In this document: piece after piece, positions 11,808 through 22,639 of the stretch
Numbering within the stretch: the stretch's first letter is position 1
Layout: every line of letters starts with the position of its first letter
Notes under the pieces: model-generated
The model's input: the letters and a program-made list of their open reading frames with translations, nothing else
What the model was told of the DNA's origin: nothing
Databases searched by the model: none
Source: Octopus sinensis
Taxonomy: Eukaryota
DNA: 41,219 bases
Assembly: GCF_006345805.1 (NCBI RefSeq)
Contig: NW_021835116.1
Location: 1 to 41,219, forward strand
Reading direction: 5' to 3'
Made by a program: the position numbers and the translations under genes

Positions 11808-12590
11808 AGTGAGCGCATAGACAGCAATCTCACTGACATTGGCGATTTGACGCCTCAATCGAACCAGCGTGAGTCGGTGTGAGATCGGTTGCCACGCCAG
11901 CAGAGCCGCTTGCGCGTCAGGGCTCAGTGCCACAGCAACCCTATGAAGACCACTGTTGTCGGTCATGCCACTATGATACAGGTAATAACTGACATCCCCT
12001 CCCGGCACCTTAATAGGAAGATGGCCAACATCAGCGAGTCGGACCTCTGAAAGGCAAGCAATATTCACGCAGTACTTGTGCAAAGCCTTCATTGTTAGCG
12101 CCTGGACACCGTTGTCGAGAAGGGTTCTGATGTTCCAGCACGGTACCTTCAGTTCTGTCTATGTTTAAAGAACAGGACTACTCCAGGGGTAGTTTGAAGA
12201 GCCATAGCAGTTTCAGGGTTGTTGATTGGTTGCATAGGTAGATAATTCGTATTCGTATTTATTGCCATGGTAGTAGTAGGATTCATAGAAGAAGTTTTGT
12301 GGGAAAATTGAATTCACAAGCGGTCCCTGACATCCCACATGTATATCCCGAGTGACGGGATGCATTGTTTGCCGCAGAGTCTCCACAAATGCAGGGACAG
12401 AACGACCTGGAAGCTGCCAGTTGCCGATCAGACGCCTCTTGGAATTTTCACCAGAGTCCCGTTGGCCAGTCTGCGGCCCTAATACCACACGGTGCCAGAC
12501 CAATCCACCATGGGTGGCCCTACCAGGAACCAAAGTTCCCGATGGCATAGCTCTGACACTGCCCGTTTACACCACCCTACCGATTTGAGG
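11808..12590 (-). mobile_element. 5' part of an RTE-like LINE: GC-richer 5' UTR plus N-terminal APE endonuclease, 3'-truncated
   Basis: Minus-strand LKVPCWNIRTLLD...MKALHKYCVNIACLSEVRL...LYHSG...GLHRVAVAL...WQPISHRLTLVRL...IAVYALT carries the APE motifs WN.RTL, LSE.R, G.G.., P.S.R and YAPT-like. Confidence 0.8.
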
Positions 12591-12782
12591 AGGGGTTGCA
12601 CTTTTAGGGATTCAACATGGTTAGAAATGAAGCTGTTTAACCACAAACCCATGGCTGTGCCCATAAACCAATAATAGGAATCAGATAAAAGTTGACTGAA
12701 GGAGGAGGAAAAAATCTTAATTAACACCTGAAATAAATCATTTAAATTTTCACTAAAATATCAAACAAATAACAAGTCCTAC

Positions 12783-12962
12783 CTCTGCTTTTACTGATTC
12801 CAAACACTGTTTCTAGATGAAGCTTAAAAGCTCTGATTACTTCCTTCCGTACGTCAATCAGACAAATATGCTTTATTTTAGAATTTGAGTAAGCATCAAG
12901 ATAATTCTTTATAGCTATAACTATACATTTGGTTCCTTCTTCTATGGGTATACCAAAAATAC
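12783..12962 (-). CDS. PARP14-like: Exon of PARP14/PARP9-like macrodomain protein (C-terminal part of the macrodomain), phase 1-1
   Basis: Acceptor tttataacAG at 12964-12963 and donor GTAGGA at 12782; 180 bp. Encodes (G)IFGIPIEEGTKCIVIAIKNYLDAYSNSKIKHICLIDVRKEVIRAFKLHLETVFG, which completes the IPAISTG|IFG macrodomain motif begun in the previous exon. Confidence 0.88.
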
Positions 12963-13599
12963 CTGTTATAAATAAAATATACAACATATTTAATCCAACA
13001 AATGTTCTTACTCAAAATATATATAATTAACCTGTGATATTATTGCAGTAATTTATCAGCTGCAATACCAAGAAACAATACAATTCCATCATTTAGAAGA
13101 AGATTCTTTAATAGACAGAGGGGAAGTTTCTAGGTGCAATACCATGGCCATTGATGACCAGGAAGGGGGGTCTTTACCCCCATTAATATACAATGGTATT
13201 TAATAAGGTCTAAGTTTGTCTCTCTCTCTCTTGTTGAACACATTTCTTTTCTTTGTTGTTTGTTTAGTTAAAAAAAAAATAACAATAATAATAAAAATAA
13301 TAATAAAAATTCAACGATGTTGTTGCCTTAAGATAACCTTAGTTCATGGATTTCCCTTAACCGCAACATATTCATTCATTCATCTATTCAAGTCTATCAC
13401 ACAGTCACTTATTTCTCTAATTTTGTCTTAGACTGGCTCTCAGATTCTTCAATTCTATTTTACTATTATCAACATTTGCTGTCTTGTTTAATTAACTATG
13501 CCACTCAAATCCCAAAAGAATATCTCTCCCTCGTGTCCTGACCCCCTCCTTCTCTCTGCCTCACCATCTCTCTCTCTCTCTCTCTGTGTCTCTATCTCT

Positions 13600-16500
13600 C
13601 TTTCGAGTACCACTTGCCTCACCAAGACTTCCTACTTCCTCCACCACCACCACCACCACCCTATATAAACTAGCGCACGTACTCGGATTCCCCTACTCGA
13701 TTCTTAATACCTCCACCGAAAGAATACGTATGCAGGAGATGCTCTCATCCATGTTTGCTAGTTCGCGGTGCACCCACCCTTCCACCCCATCCACCTGTAC
13801 CGGAAGTCCCTATTTTTTGTCATCCTTTGGTTGCCTCCCATGAACACTTCTGAAGGCTTTATGTCATCTCCACCCCCTACTATATAAGGTAGTGATCATA
13901 TAGTGCAAAAATATGATAGTGTACGCAGGTGGAACTTAAGGCTATTGTTTGTTTATGAATTCTGCCAAATGTGAGCTCTCTTTTCAGGTACATGACGCTA
14001 CTGTCCCCCATCCCAGGGTCTCAAGGGCCCATACCTCCCATACCCTCAGGGTTGGCACTCTCAATGTTGGCAAACTGAAAGGTAGGTCTGGTGAGATTGT
14101 TGAGATGCTTGAATGGAGATGTGTTGATATGTGCTGCATCCAAGAAGTAAGGTGGAGAGGAGGTTCTGCTAGGTACCTCGCAGGCAAAGAACACAGGTAC
14201 AAGGTTTTCTGGGCTGGGAACACACATGGGGTCGGGGGCGTAGGTATACTTTTTGCAGGAAAATGGTTAGATAAGGTAACTGAGGTAGTCAGAGGATGTG
14301 ACAGAATACTTAAGATTAGATTAGTGCTTCGTCATGGGTTAGCAACCATTATCTCAGCCTTTACTCCTCAGCCACGGCTACCCGATGGACAGAAAGACCG
14401 ATTCTATGACACCTTCTTACAGATTACCACGTTGACGAATGACAGAGACCTTCTCTTTGTGACTGGTGACTTCAATGGACATGTTGGACAACATGCCAGG
14501 GGCTTCCATGGCATATGTGAAGGCTACGGTTTTGGCTCTTGCAATGAGGAGGGAACCAGGCTGCTGGAGTTCTGCGATGCAAATGATCTTATGGTTTGCA
14601 ATACTTATTTCAGAAAAACCTGTCAGTCACCTAGTCACCTACTGTTCTGGCAGTATTGACTATATCCTCACCAAAAAAGAGAAAGATGGCTGCTTATAAT
14701 TGCCAAAACATTCCCAGGCGAAGAATGCACCCCACAACATAGACTGGTAGTTAGTGACTTCAGGATCAGGGCTAAATGGATGCCCAGAAGATGACCAGCA
14801 TGGAGGAGAAGGGTCTGGAAGCTTAAAGATCCTGCAAATGGACAGAGATTTAGAGAAATATTACTTGAAGCCTTTGACGAAATAGAAGGGGATATAGCTT
14901 CACACGATGTAGAAGACAACTGGAGGTTTCTACGGGACAACCTGCTGAGGGCCACTGACCAGATCTGTGGATGGTGTAAAGTCCCATCTTGAGCCAAAAT
15001 AACGTTGTGGTGGAACAATGTTGTTGACAGGGCTATTAGAGAAAAGAAACAGGCTTGGAAGGACTGGAAGAATGGTGGTAGCAGGGAATTGTATCAGACT
15101 GCCAGAAGGGGAGCTAGGAGACAGGTTTATTTAGCCAGAGGGGAAGCAGATAAGAAAATATTTGCCAATGTTCTGCGCCGTGAAGACCAAAGGCTTGAGG
15201 TATTTCGTGTTGCAAGACAGTGTGTGAGAGAGAATCGTGATGTTGTAGGAGAGAAATGTGTTCACATGGATGATAGTTCACTTGCACTAAATGGGGCTGC
15301 ATAGAGAGAGATTTGGAGATGCCACTATAAAAGGTTGCTGAATAAAGAGAATGAATGGGAGAAAGAGTCTGCCGAATGTCGACCCCACAGAGGGACCAGC
15401 TATCCATGTTTACAGTACCTTGGTAGATAAAGCAATTAAGACAGGGAAAGCCCCCGGTCCATGAGGAAGAGATACTCAAAATATCTGGCAGTATCTGCTA
15501 TAGCCTAGTCACCTATATAGTTAACCAGGTGATACACGAAGGAGTCATACCCAATGACTGGTGTAGCAGCATAATAGTCAACTGCTACAAAAGAAATGGT
15601 GATGCATTAGATACAAATAATTAATGAGGTATCAAGTTGTTAGATTAATTAATGAAGGTCATGGAGAGGGTCAGTTTAGATGAAATGCCGATTGGGTTCA
15701 TGCCAGGGAAAAGTACCACTGATACTATATTTCTGGTAAGAAAGCTGCAAGAGAAATACCTAGCCAAAGATAAACCTCTGTACCTGGCTTTTGTCGACAT
15801 GGAGAAAACCTTTGACAGGGTCCCACAATTCCTTATCTGGTGGTCAATGAGGAAATTAGTAAGAGCTGTGTGAGCCATGTACAGGGACGCTATCAGTAAG
15901 GTGATGGTTGGCAACGAGTACAGTGAAGAATTCTGGGTAGAGTTATAGGTCCTTAGTCCCCTCCTATTTATCATAGTCCTCCAGGCAATAACAGAGGAAT
16001 TCAAAACAAGATGTCCCTGGGAGCTCATCTATGCTGAGGGCCTTAGAGTCAACCTAGCTAAAACTAAAGCCCTAATAAGTAGGAAGGCAAGTAAACCAGA
16101 AATCCCTTCAGGTAGATGGCCCTGCTCGATCTGTAGTAGAGGCGTAGATAGAAACTCTATAAGATGTATCCAGTGTAAGCTATGGACACATAAGAGGTGC
16201 AGCAATATCAAAGGAAGGCTAACTGGGAGGATAGTTTTTGTATGTGGCAGATGCTCAGGAGTAATAAACACTGAAGATGTGCAGAAAACAACTTCCATCA
16301 CATTCCAGGGAAACTAGAAGTAGTTAGGATTAGGGTTAGGGAAGTAGTTGATAGCTTCCATTACCTAGGTGACCTAGTCAGTAGCAGGGGAGGGTGTGCT
16401 GAAAGTGTAGCTGCTAGAATAAGTACAGCCTGGGCAAAGTTCAGAGTGCTCTTACCTCTGCTGGTGACAAAGGGCCTCTCGCTCAGAGTAAAAGGTAGAC

Positions 16501-17452
16501 TGTATGATGCATGTGTACAAACAGCCATGCTACATGGCAGTGAAACATGGGCTGTGTCTGCTGAGGACATGCGTAAGCTCGCAAGGAATGAAGCCAGTAT
16601 GATCCGATGGATGTGTAATATCAATGTGCATACTCAACAGAGTGTAAGTACCTTGAGAGAAAAGTTGGACCTAAGAAGCGTCAGATGTGGTGTGCAAGAG
16701 AGACGACTGTACTGGTATGGTCATGTGGCGAGAATGGATGAGGATAGCTATGTGAAAAAGTGTCACACCCTAGTGGTTGAGGGAACCTGTGGAAGAGGTA
16801 GACCCAGGAAGACCTGGGATGAAGTGGTGAATCACGAACTTCGAGCATTAGGCCTCACCGAGGCAATGACTAGTGACGGAGACTTTAGGAAATATGGTGT
16901 GCTTGAGAAGGCCCGGCAAGCCAAGTGAGACCATAACCCGTGGCCTATGCCAGGGGTGTAACCAGCCCACTTATACGTACCTTTCCTTCATTGGACACTA
17001 AACTGTGATTGCGAAGTCCTGTTGAGGCAAGTGAAATCGAAATCAAATTCGATGACTGTCATCCATGCTAGTGGAGCACTAAGAGCACCATCCGACCATG
17101 ATGATTGCCAGGGTGGCTAACTGGCTTCTCTGCCTGTGGCACGTAAAAGGCACCATACGAGTGTGATTGTTACCAGCATCTCCCTACTTGCACTTGTGCC
17201 GGTGGTATGTGTAAAAGATTTGAGCGAGGTCGTTGCCAGTACCGCCCAACTGGCCCCCATGCCGGTGGCACGTAAAAGCACCCACTACACTCTCGGAGTG
17301 GTTAGCATTAGGAAGGGCATCTAGCTCTCTCTCTCTCTCTCTGCCAGATCATGACTGGAGCCTGGTGCAGCCATTTGGTTCACCAGTCCTCAGTCAAATC
17401 GTCCAACCCATGCTAGCCTGGAAAGCAGACGTTAAACAATGATGATAATGAT
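13600..17452 (+). mobile_element. Near full-length, inactivated RTE-clade LINE (APE + RT with Cys/His finger insertion), (GAT)n tail
   Basis: APE: LRVGTLNVGKLKGRSGEIVEML...CIQEVRWRG...GDFNGHVG. RT: GFMPGKSTTDTIFLVRKLQEKY...AFVDMEKTFDRVP. C-terminus: ACVQTAMLHGSETWA...WYGHVARM...GRGRPRKTW (ORF end 16928). 3' tail GTTAAACAATGATGATAATGAT. Many stops and frameshifts, and the YADD is deleted. The 5' boundary is approximate. Confidence 0.92.
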
Positions 17453-17479
17453 ATATATATTATTGTTTTCTCTACCAGT

Positions 17480-18914
17480 TATTACAAATAGAACAGTTTG
17501 GACTAAGAAAGTGTAGTGTGTTAGTTTTGAAGAGAAGCAAAATCAAATGTATGGATGGGCTATCAATACTGTTGGGGGAGGTTATGAAGCAGATAGAAAT
17601 AGAAGAGATGGACTATAAGTACTTGGAGATTTTGGAAATGGACAAATTGATGGAGAAAGAAAGACAGAAAAATTTCAGGTCCAGTACTTACGCAGACTGA
17701 GACTGATGCTTAAGTCGAAATTAATGGACAAAACATGATTGAAGTTATCAACACCTGGGCAGTTTCACTCCTTAGATATGGAGCGGGGATAATCGCATGG
17801 ACAGTAGGCAAGCTAAACAGCTTAGACAGAAAGACAAGGAAGTTGCTAACTACATATGGGGCACTCTACACAAAAAGTGACACAGACAGACTGTATATCC
17901 AAAGAAAAAGAGGGGGAAGAGGACTTATTGGATGCGAACACAGCATTAGAATAGAAAAAAGCAACATAGTATGGTATGTAAAAAATGCCACAGAACCACT
18001 ATTATTGGAAATAAGAAGTTCAGGCTTGTGTAGGATGAAAGATTGCAAGGATAAAGCACTATACAAGAAATTGAAAACGAATGAAACTGAAAATAGGTGG
18101 GTAAAGAAAAGAATGCATGGACAATTTCATAGGGATGTTGAAGATAAGACAGACAGCGGAAAAAGATGGCTGTGGATGACTAAAAGTGATTTAAAACCAG
18201 AAACAGAGGTTCTAGTCTGTGCTGCCCATGAACAAACTACATAAAATACAGAATAGACAACACAGTAGAAAATGATAAGTGTAGAATCTGAGGACAAAAC
18301 TGTGAAACTGTATGGTATATTACCAGCCCAGAAGGAATATAAGAAATGCCACAACAATACAGCAAGGCTCATCCATTGGACACATTGCAACAAGTATGGA
18401 CTTGACAGAGCAAAAACTTGGTATGACCACAAGCCTGAAGGCATTGTGGAAAATAGAAATGCAAAGATCCTGTGGGATTTTATGATTCAGTACAACCATG
18501 AGATAGAGAATAGGAAGCAGGACATAGTCTTAATTCAGAAAGAAAACAATCTATACTGGATCATAGATATAGAATACCCAGCTGACAACAAGGTATGCAA
18601 TAAGGAAGAAAGAAAAATCGATAGGTATGACAGGTTAGCTTGGGAAGTTAAGCAGTTGTGGTCAATGAAAATGGTGGTAGTGGTACCAATAATTGTCGGA
18701 GCCCTGGGAACAGTGAGTAAAAATCTTGAGAAGTATATGAAACAAATAGGGGCTGCAATAAGGGTGGAGAAAACAGCATTGCTTGGAACTGCTCAAATAC
18801 TCCAAAGAATAAGAGGTGTAACCTGAGTTCACTGGTAGCAAACAACTGACACTGTAGTACATCTCCAGCGTTAGAAGCTGTGCAAACTTAATAAATAATA
18901 ATAATAATAATAAT
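17480..18914 (+). mobile_element. 5'-truncated R4/Dong-like non-LTR retrotransposon (RT thumb, zinc knuckle, restriction-like endonuclease) with (AAT)n tail
   Basis: YKYLEI, INTWAVSLLRYGAG, LDRKTRKLLT, DRLYIQRKRGGRGL, HGQF, ILWDF.IQ, RKQDIVL...IIDI..P...KEERKIDRY..L, VPIIVGALG, KTALLGT. Ends in AATAATAAT at ~18890-18913, as is typical of Dong elements that target TAA repeats. Confidence 0.9.
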
Positions 18915-18924
18915 CTTTTTAAAA

Positions 18925-19135
18925 TCTCCTTTTCCATGCTTCAGGTGGAATTGGTTGAGGTAAATCTTCTATGTCTAGGTGACATTCCTATCACCCACCC
19001 CCACACCAAGGAAGCTAATATTGCCCTATGGCCAGACATGTTTTCATTGTAGACTTGAAATGGATGACACTGCTTGTATGATGGTGATCCTTGTTTACAA
19101 ATATCATGTGATTAAAAGACAAACAGATACTAACA
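18925..19135 (-). mobile_element. Degenerate SINE-like repeat fragment
   Basis: GGCCAGACATGTTTTC...ACACTGCTTGTATGATGGTGATCCTTGTTTACAAATATCATGTGA; a related piece occurs at ~27810-27850. The family assignment is from recall only. Confidence 0.4.
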
Positions 19136-19285
19136 CAGTCACACACACACAAACATGCATGTATATGTACATACTGACATATACATATATACATATATAT
19201 ATGCTTATACATACATATATATGTATATGTATGTATATATATGTATATGTATATATATATGTATGTGTATATATATATGTATATA

Positions 19286-19325
<40 letters not shown>
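19136..19325. repeat. (CA)n/(TA)n/(TATG)n microsatellite
   Basis: Direct inspection. Confidence 0.95.
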
Positions 19326-19326
<1 letters not shown>

Positions 19327-19480
19327 TTTATTTAAAGCAGCAGAAAATTCCACAAAACCTGTTACTCTGAGTTCGTGTTGCCGTTCGTCGGACAGTTTTT
19401 GCTAGAATCTGTCCGACGAATGGGAACGTGAAACTCAGAGTAACAGGTTTTGTTGAATTTTCTGCTGCTTTTAAATAAAG
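19326..19480. repeat. ~70-bp-arm imperfect inverted repeat containing a hammerhead-like motif (probable Penelope terminal repeat)
   Basis: CTTTATTTAAAGCAGCAGAAAATTCCACAAAACCTGTTACTCTGAGTT...TCGTCGGACAG pairs with CTGTCCGACGA...AACTCAGAGTAACAGGTTTTGTTGAATTTTCTGCTGCTTTTAAATAAAG. The right arm has CCGACGA-ATG-GGAA-CGT-GAAAC. Confidence 0.85.
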
Positions 19481-19543
19481 CATATTACTCTACCACTGGT
19501 ATTTGAGTACCCTTTTTTCCACCTTGTTTCACATTTATGTGTT

Positions 19544-19613
19544 TACTCCGGTATATATATCATCATCATCATCATCTTCGTTTAACGATGATGATGATGA
19601 TATATATACCGGA

Positions 19614-19616
<3 letters not shown>
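19544..19616. repeat. Perfect 30-bp inverted repeat with 13-nt loop
   Basis: TACTCCGGTATATATATCATCATCATCATC-ATCTTCGTTTAAC-GATGATGATGATGATATATATACCGGAGTA. Confidence 0.92.
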
Positions 19617-19668
<52 letters not shown>

Positions 19669-19727
19669 TGAACACACACACACATGTATACACACACATA
19701 CACACAAATGTGTACCACTTCTTTAAA

Positions 19728-19917
19728 AGCACTAGCGCTGGTGCCACATGAAAAGCCCCTGATATACTTTGTGGAGTGGTGGCCATTAGGAAGGGCATAG
19801 AGCCATAGAAATCAACCAAAAGCCCCTGGCCTTACCAGTTTTCAGTCAAACTGTCCAACCCATGCCAGCATAGAAAATGGGTTTTAAATAATGATGATGA
19901 TGATGATGATGATGATG
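19728..19917 (+). mobile_element. Isolated RTE 3' tail (or RTE-tailed SINE) with (GAT)n end
   Basis: GGTGCCACATGAAAAGC...GGAGTGGTGGCCATTAGGAAGGGCAT...TCAGTCAAACTGTCCAACCCATGCCAGCAT...(GAT)n is homologous to 17260-17452 and 24930-25128. Confidence 0.85.
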
Positions 19918-20059
19918 TGGGTATGGACAGTATTTATTTCCAGGGTGACTGTATCAGAAAGAAATAAAACAATGTTTTTATTAGCAAAGTAACTAGTTGT
20001 AAAACCTCAAGAAGCAATGGAAAGTAGCAGATATTCTGATGCTGCACCAATAACCAGCT

Positions 20060-20350
20060 GGTGAAAGATCTGCCTAGTGTTCTTCACTCCTGCTCCAGAG
20101 CGTCGGCTGCGGGGTCATTCCGAAAAGCTCTACCTGCGACGATTTCATCTCAATCGAAGGAGAGGAGCTTTCTCCGTCCGGGTTGCGGATCCATAGAACA
20201 AGCTGCCAGACGAGATGGTGAAGATGCCGACGACCGCTTTGTTCAAAGCCTCCCTGGACCTCAAGTGGCCTGAACTCTTTACATGAACACCACCCTGTAC
20301 TTAACTCCATGTCCCCCTACATGGCCTTGCTATTTGCTTTTGATCCAAAT

Positions 20351-20389
<39 letters not shown>

Positions 20390-20390
20390 A
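20060..20390 (+). mobile_element. 3' end of a CR1/L2-group LINE with (TAAC)n tail
   Basis: ERRLRGHSEKLYLRRFHLNRRRGAFSVRVADP*NKLPDEMVKMPTTALFKASLDLKW matches the CR1 C-terminal pattern RGH..KL...R..FFS.RV...WN.LP......FK..LD. (TAAC)n at ~20352-20388. Confidence 0.8.
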
Positions 20391-20509
20391 CTAGTAGTAA
20401 CATAGAGCGGCCACTTTAATGCGGCAATGAACTTCAGTGTTTCTATTTTTGGAGATATATTCATCAAATTTGGGTCAGTTTGTCTTCATGACATGTTCTG
20501 TTGATTTCA

Positions 20510-21514
20510 AATGATGAACCTGCCTTTGATCTCAATGACAGCCTCCAGGCAACCTCAGAGCTGGTCACAGGACTTTGTCACTATCTCCCATTTTAATCTC
20601 CTGAAGGTCCTAGTAATTCTGGCCCTTAGCTTGTCTGTGTCACAGCTGGACTTCTTCGTCTCTCACTCCAATGTGCCTCACACAAAGAAGTCAAGGGGTT
20701 TGCAGTCAGGCAAGTTGAGAGGCCAAATCTCAGGTGCTGTGTGTTTAAAGAAATTCTCTGAGAGCCAACTCTGGATCTTCCGACTGCTGTGGCAAGGTGT
20801 AGCATCTTGCTGCAACACATACAGCATCCCTGCAGCTACCTGGTTAATCCATGGCTTCTCTGCTTTGCTCAGAACACGGATGTAGCCATCAGTGTTCAGC
20901 CTGAGGCTCTCAGGGAAGAAGTAGGGTGGCATGATATCACCTTCACTGCTGATAAAACCAAAGTCCATGACTGCCGCTGGAAATGTCTTCTGCATTCCTC
21001 TTGGATGAGACAGTGAGTCACCTGTTGTTCTGGGAGTTGGTCTTCAGGTCTTGGCAGAAATTCTCTTCTCATCAGAGAAGCACCACAAAATGTCTCGCTC
21101 CAGCAGCTGTTTCAACTTGTTGATCAACTTCTTGGTGTGTTTCAGTCACTTTCCCTGAATTGTCTTTGACAGAAATTGTCCCTTCTTCATCTTGTATGAA
21201 AAGTAGTGAATATTCTTCAGCAGCACCAGCCTGATGAACTTTTCATTCACACCTTTCTACCATGTAACGGCACTGATTCAACTGCAGGGATCATTGTTGA
21301 TGATCTCCTAAATTCCAGCATTCTGGAATCATGGATTTTACTCACTGCTGTCACCTCATAGTTGAATCCTGTATCTTCCAGCTCCTTTCTGACATTCTCC
21401 ACCATCCTTCTACTGACATTGAGGATGTCTGAAATCTTGTTTGTCTTTCTATCATGGATTCCAAGCAGAACTCCTTGCCTCCTCCACAAATGGGGGTGGT
21501 TCAAAATTTTCCAT
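20510..21514 (-). mobile_element. Degenerate Tc1/mariner transposase, DD37D (maT) family
   Basis: N-terminal HTH-like WRRQGVLLGI...ISDILNVSRRMVENVRKEL. Catalytic region FGFISSEGDIMPPYFF...YVLQQDATPCHSS...WPLNLPDCKPLDFFV, with 37 residues counted between the second and third Asp. Stops and frameshifts present; no TIR pair established. Confidence 0.88.
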
Positions 21515-22166
21515 AGTCAATTATTTGGCAAAAAATAAATTAAAAAAATGGTTACTGTATTTTTAAAAGAAAAAAAAAACTGACAATGAAAGTCAAACAA
21601 CATATATGTAAAATTAACAGTTGAAAATTGCAAACAAAAATCATAATGAACAATTGGATTTGGAATGGAATATTCTATCTAGATTTTTTCCATATTCCGC
21701 TCTGTAACGAAGAACTATATCTTATTCTGTTCTCGGAGAATTCTCTTGTAAATATGTTTAAAGAACATGCTCATCATTGCAAACATTGGCAAAAACATAC
21801 CTTTAGTTCCTATAAGTAATTACTACCATTCCATAAAATACAACCTCTGTCTTCTTACATTTCATTTCCACTACATATATCTATTTCCATACCTTTAAGT
21901 TTTATTCCCATTCACCTATCACACTATATTTCTCTTAGTTTTCTGCTAATTTCTTTCTTTCTCCTCCTTCTCTTTCTCTAAATCACCTTTCACATTAAAC
22001 CTATTAACGATTTAAAAAAAAAAAAGTAACTTGCCAAGGTTTCCTTCATCATATACGCAGTAATCACATTCAGTTAAAATGGCTTATTGATGTGTTTTGT
22101 TCCTCTTTTTTCCCCTGATGAGAAGATTGCATTGTTTTACATCATTTTCTTTCCCCCGAAATAATA

Positions 22167-22263
22167 CCAAAATGGGTCTTCTAACAAGAATGAGGCTCCT
22201 CACAAAAATGGGAATACTAACAAAATTGAGAATTCTTACAAAATTGAGATTTCAAACAAAAGT
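22167..22263. repeat. Degenerate 18-bp minisatellite, ~5 copies
   Basis: CCAAAATGGGTCTTCTAA / CAAGAATGAGGCTCCTCA / CAAAAATGGGAATACTAA / CAAAATTGAGAATTCTTA / CAAAATTGAGATTTCAAA. Confidence 0.7.
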
Positions 22264-22620
22264 TTCAGTGGATCTTGAGTAATCTGTAAAAATTACAGTC
22301 TTAAATTTCTGATTTACATAAGTATTTTATTTCCTTACCTATGAAGAAGTCTGGGTATTGGTCAATTAATGTTCTGTCTTTCTTATAGTAGTTTTTAGTT
22401 GGTTAGATATTCCAATATTTTGTCTTTGTAATCGTCCCTCTCTATAATCACTATCACCCCATCCTTATTGGCATCTTTGAGGATGAGTCAATTGGCATTC
22501 TTCAGTTAGTGTTAGTGAAGCTTCCTTTGCTTCTTAACAAATGTTCTGTTTGCATTTACAGGCTCTGAGAGTGAATTTGGAAATTTGCGTCTATATATGT
22601 ATCTAAACGTTTGTCACTCC
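22262..22620 (-). mobile_element. Penelope-like element remnant, pre-RT region
   Basis: Minus-strand ILKDANKDGVIVII..DDYKDKILEYL...KEIKYLCKSEI*DCNFYRLLKIH corresponds to the PLE motifs IKPADKGG.VV....DY and FY.LPKIHK. Confidence 0.7.
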
Positions 22621-22639
22621 CCAACCCTGTAAGGGGTGA

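Noticed and set aside
12400-12590. HDV-like ribozyme at the RTE 5' end (also considered for 25790-25900)
   Set aside because: These are known in RTE 5' UTRs, but I could not build a convincing nested double pseudoknot by eye. It needs a structure-descriptor search.
18979-19819. Tyr/Ile-rich ORFs (also at 8987-9271 and 27811-28047)
   Set aside because: They are translations of (TA)n microsatellites.
22130-22290. Possible extra minus-strand exon after a ttttacAG acceptor-like site
   Set aside because: The phase-1 frame stops within about ten codons, the site overlaps a Penelope FY.LPKIH motif, and the flanking exons already join seamlessly (AISTG|IFG).
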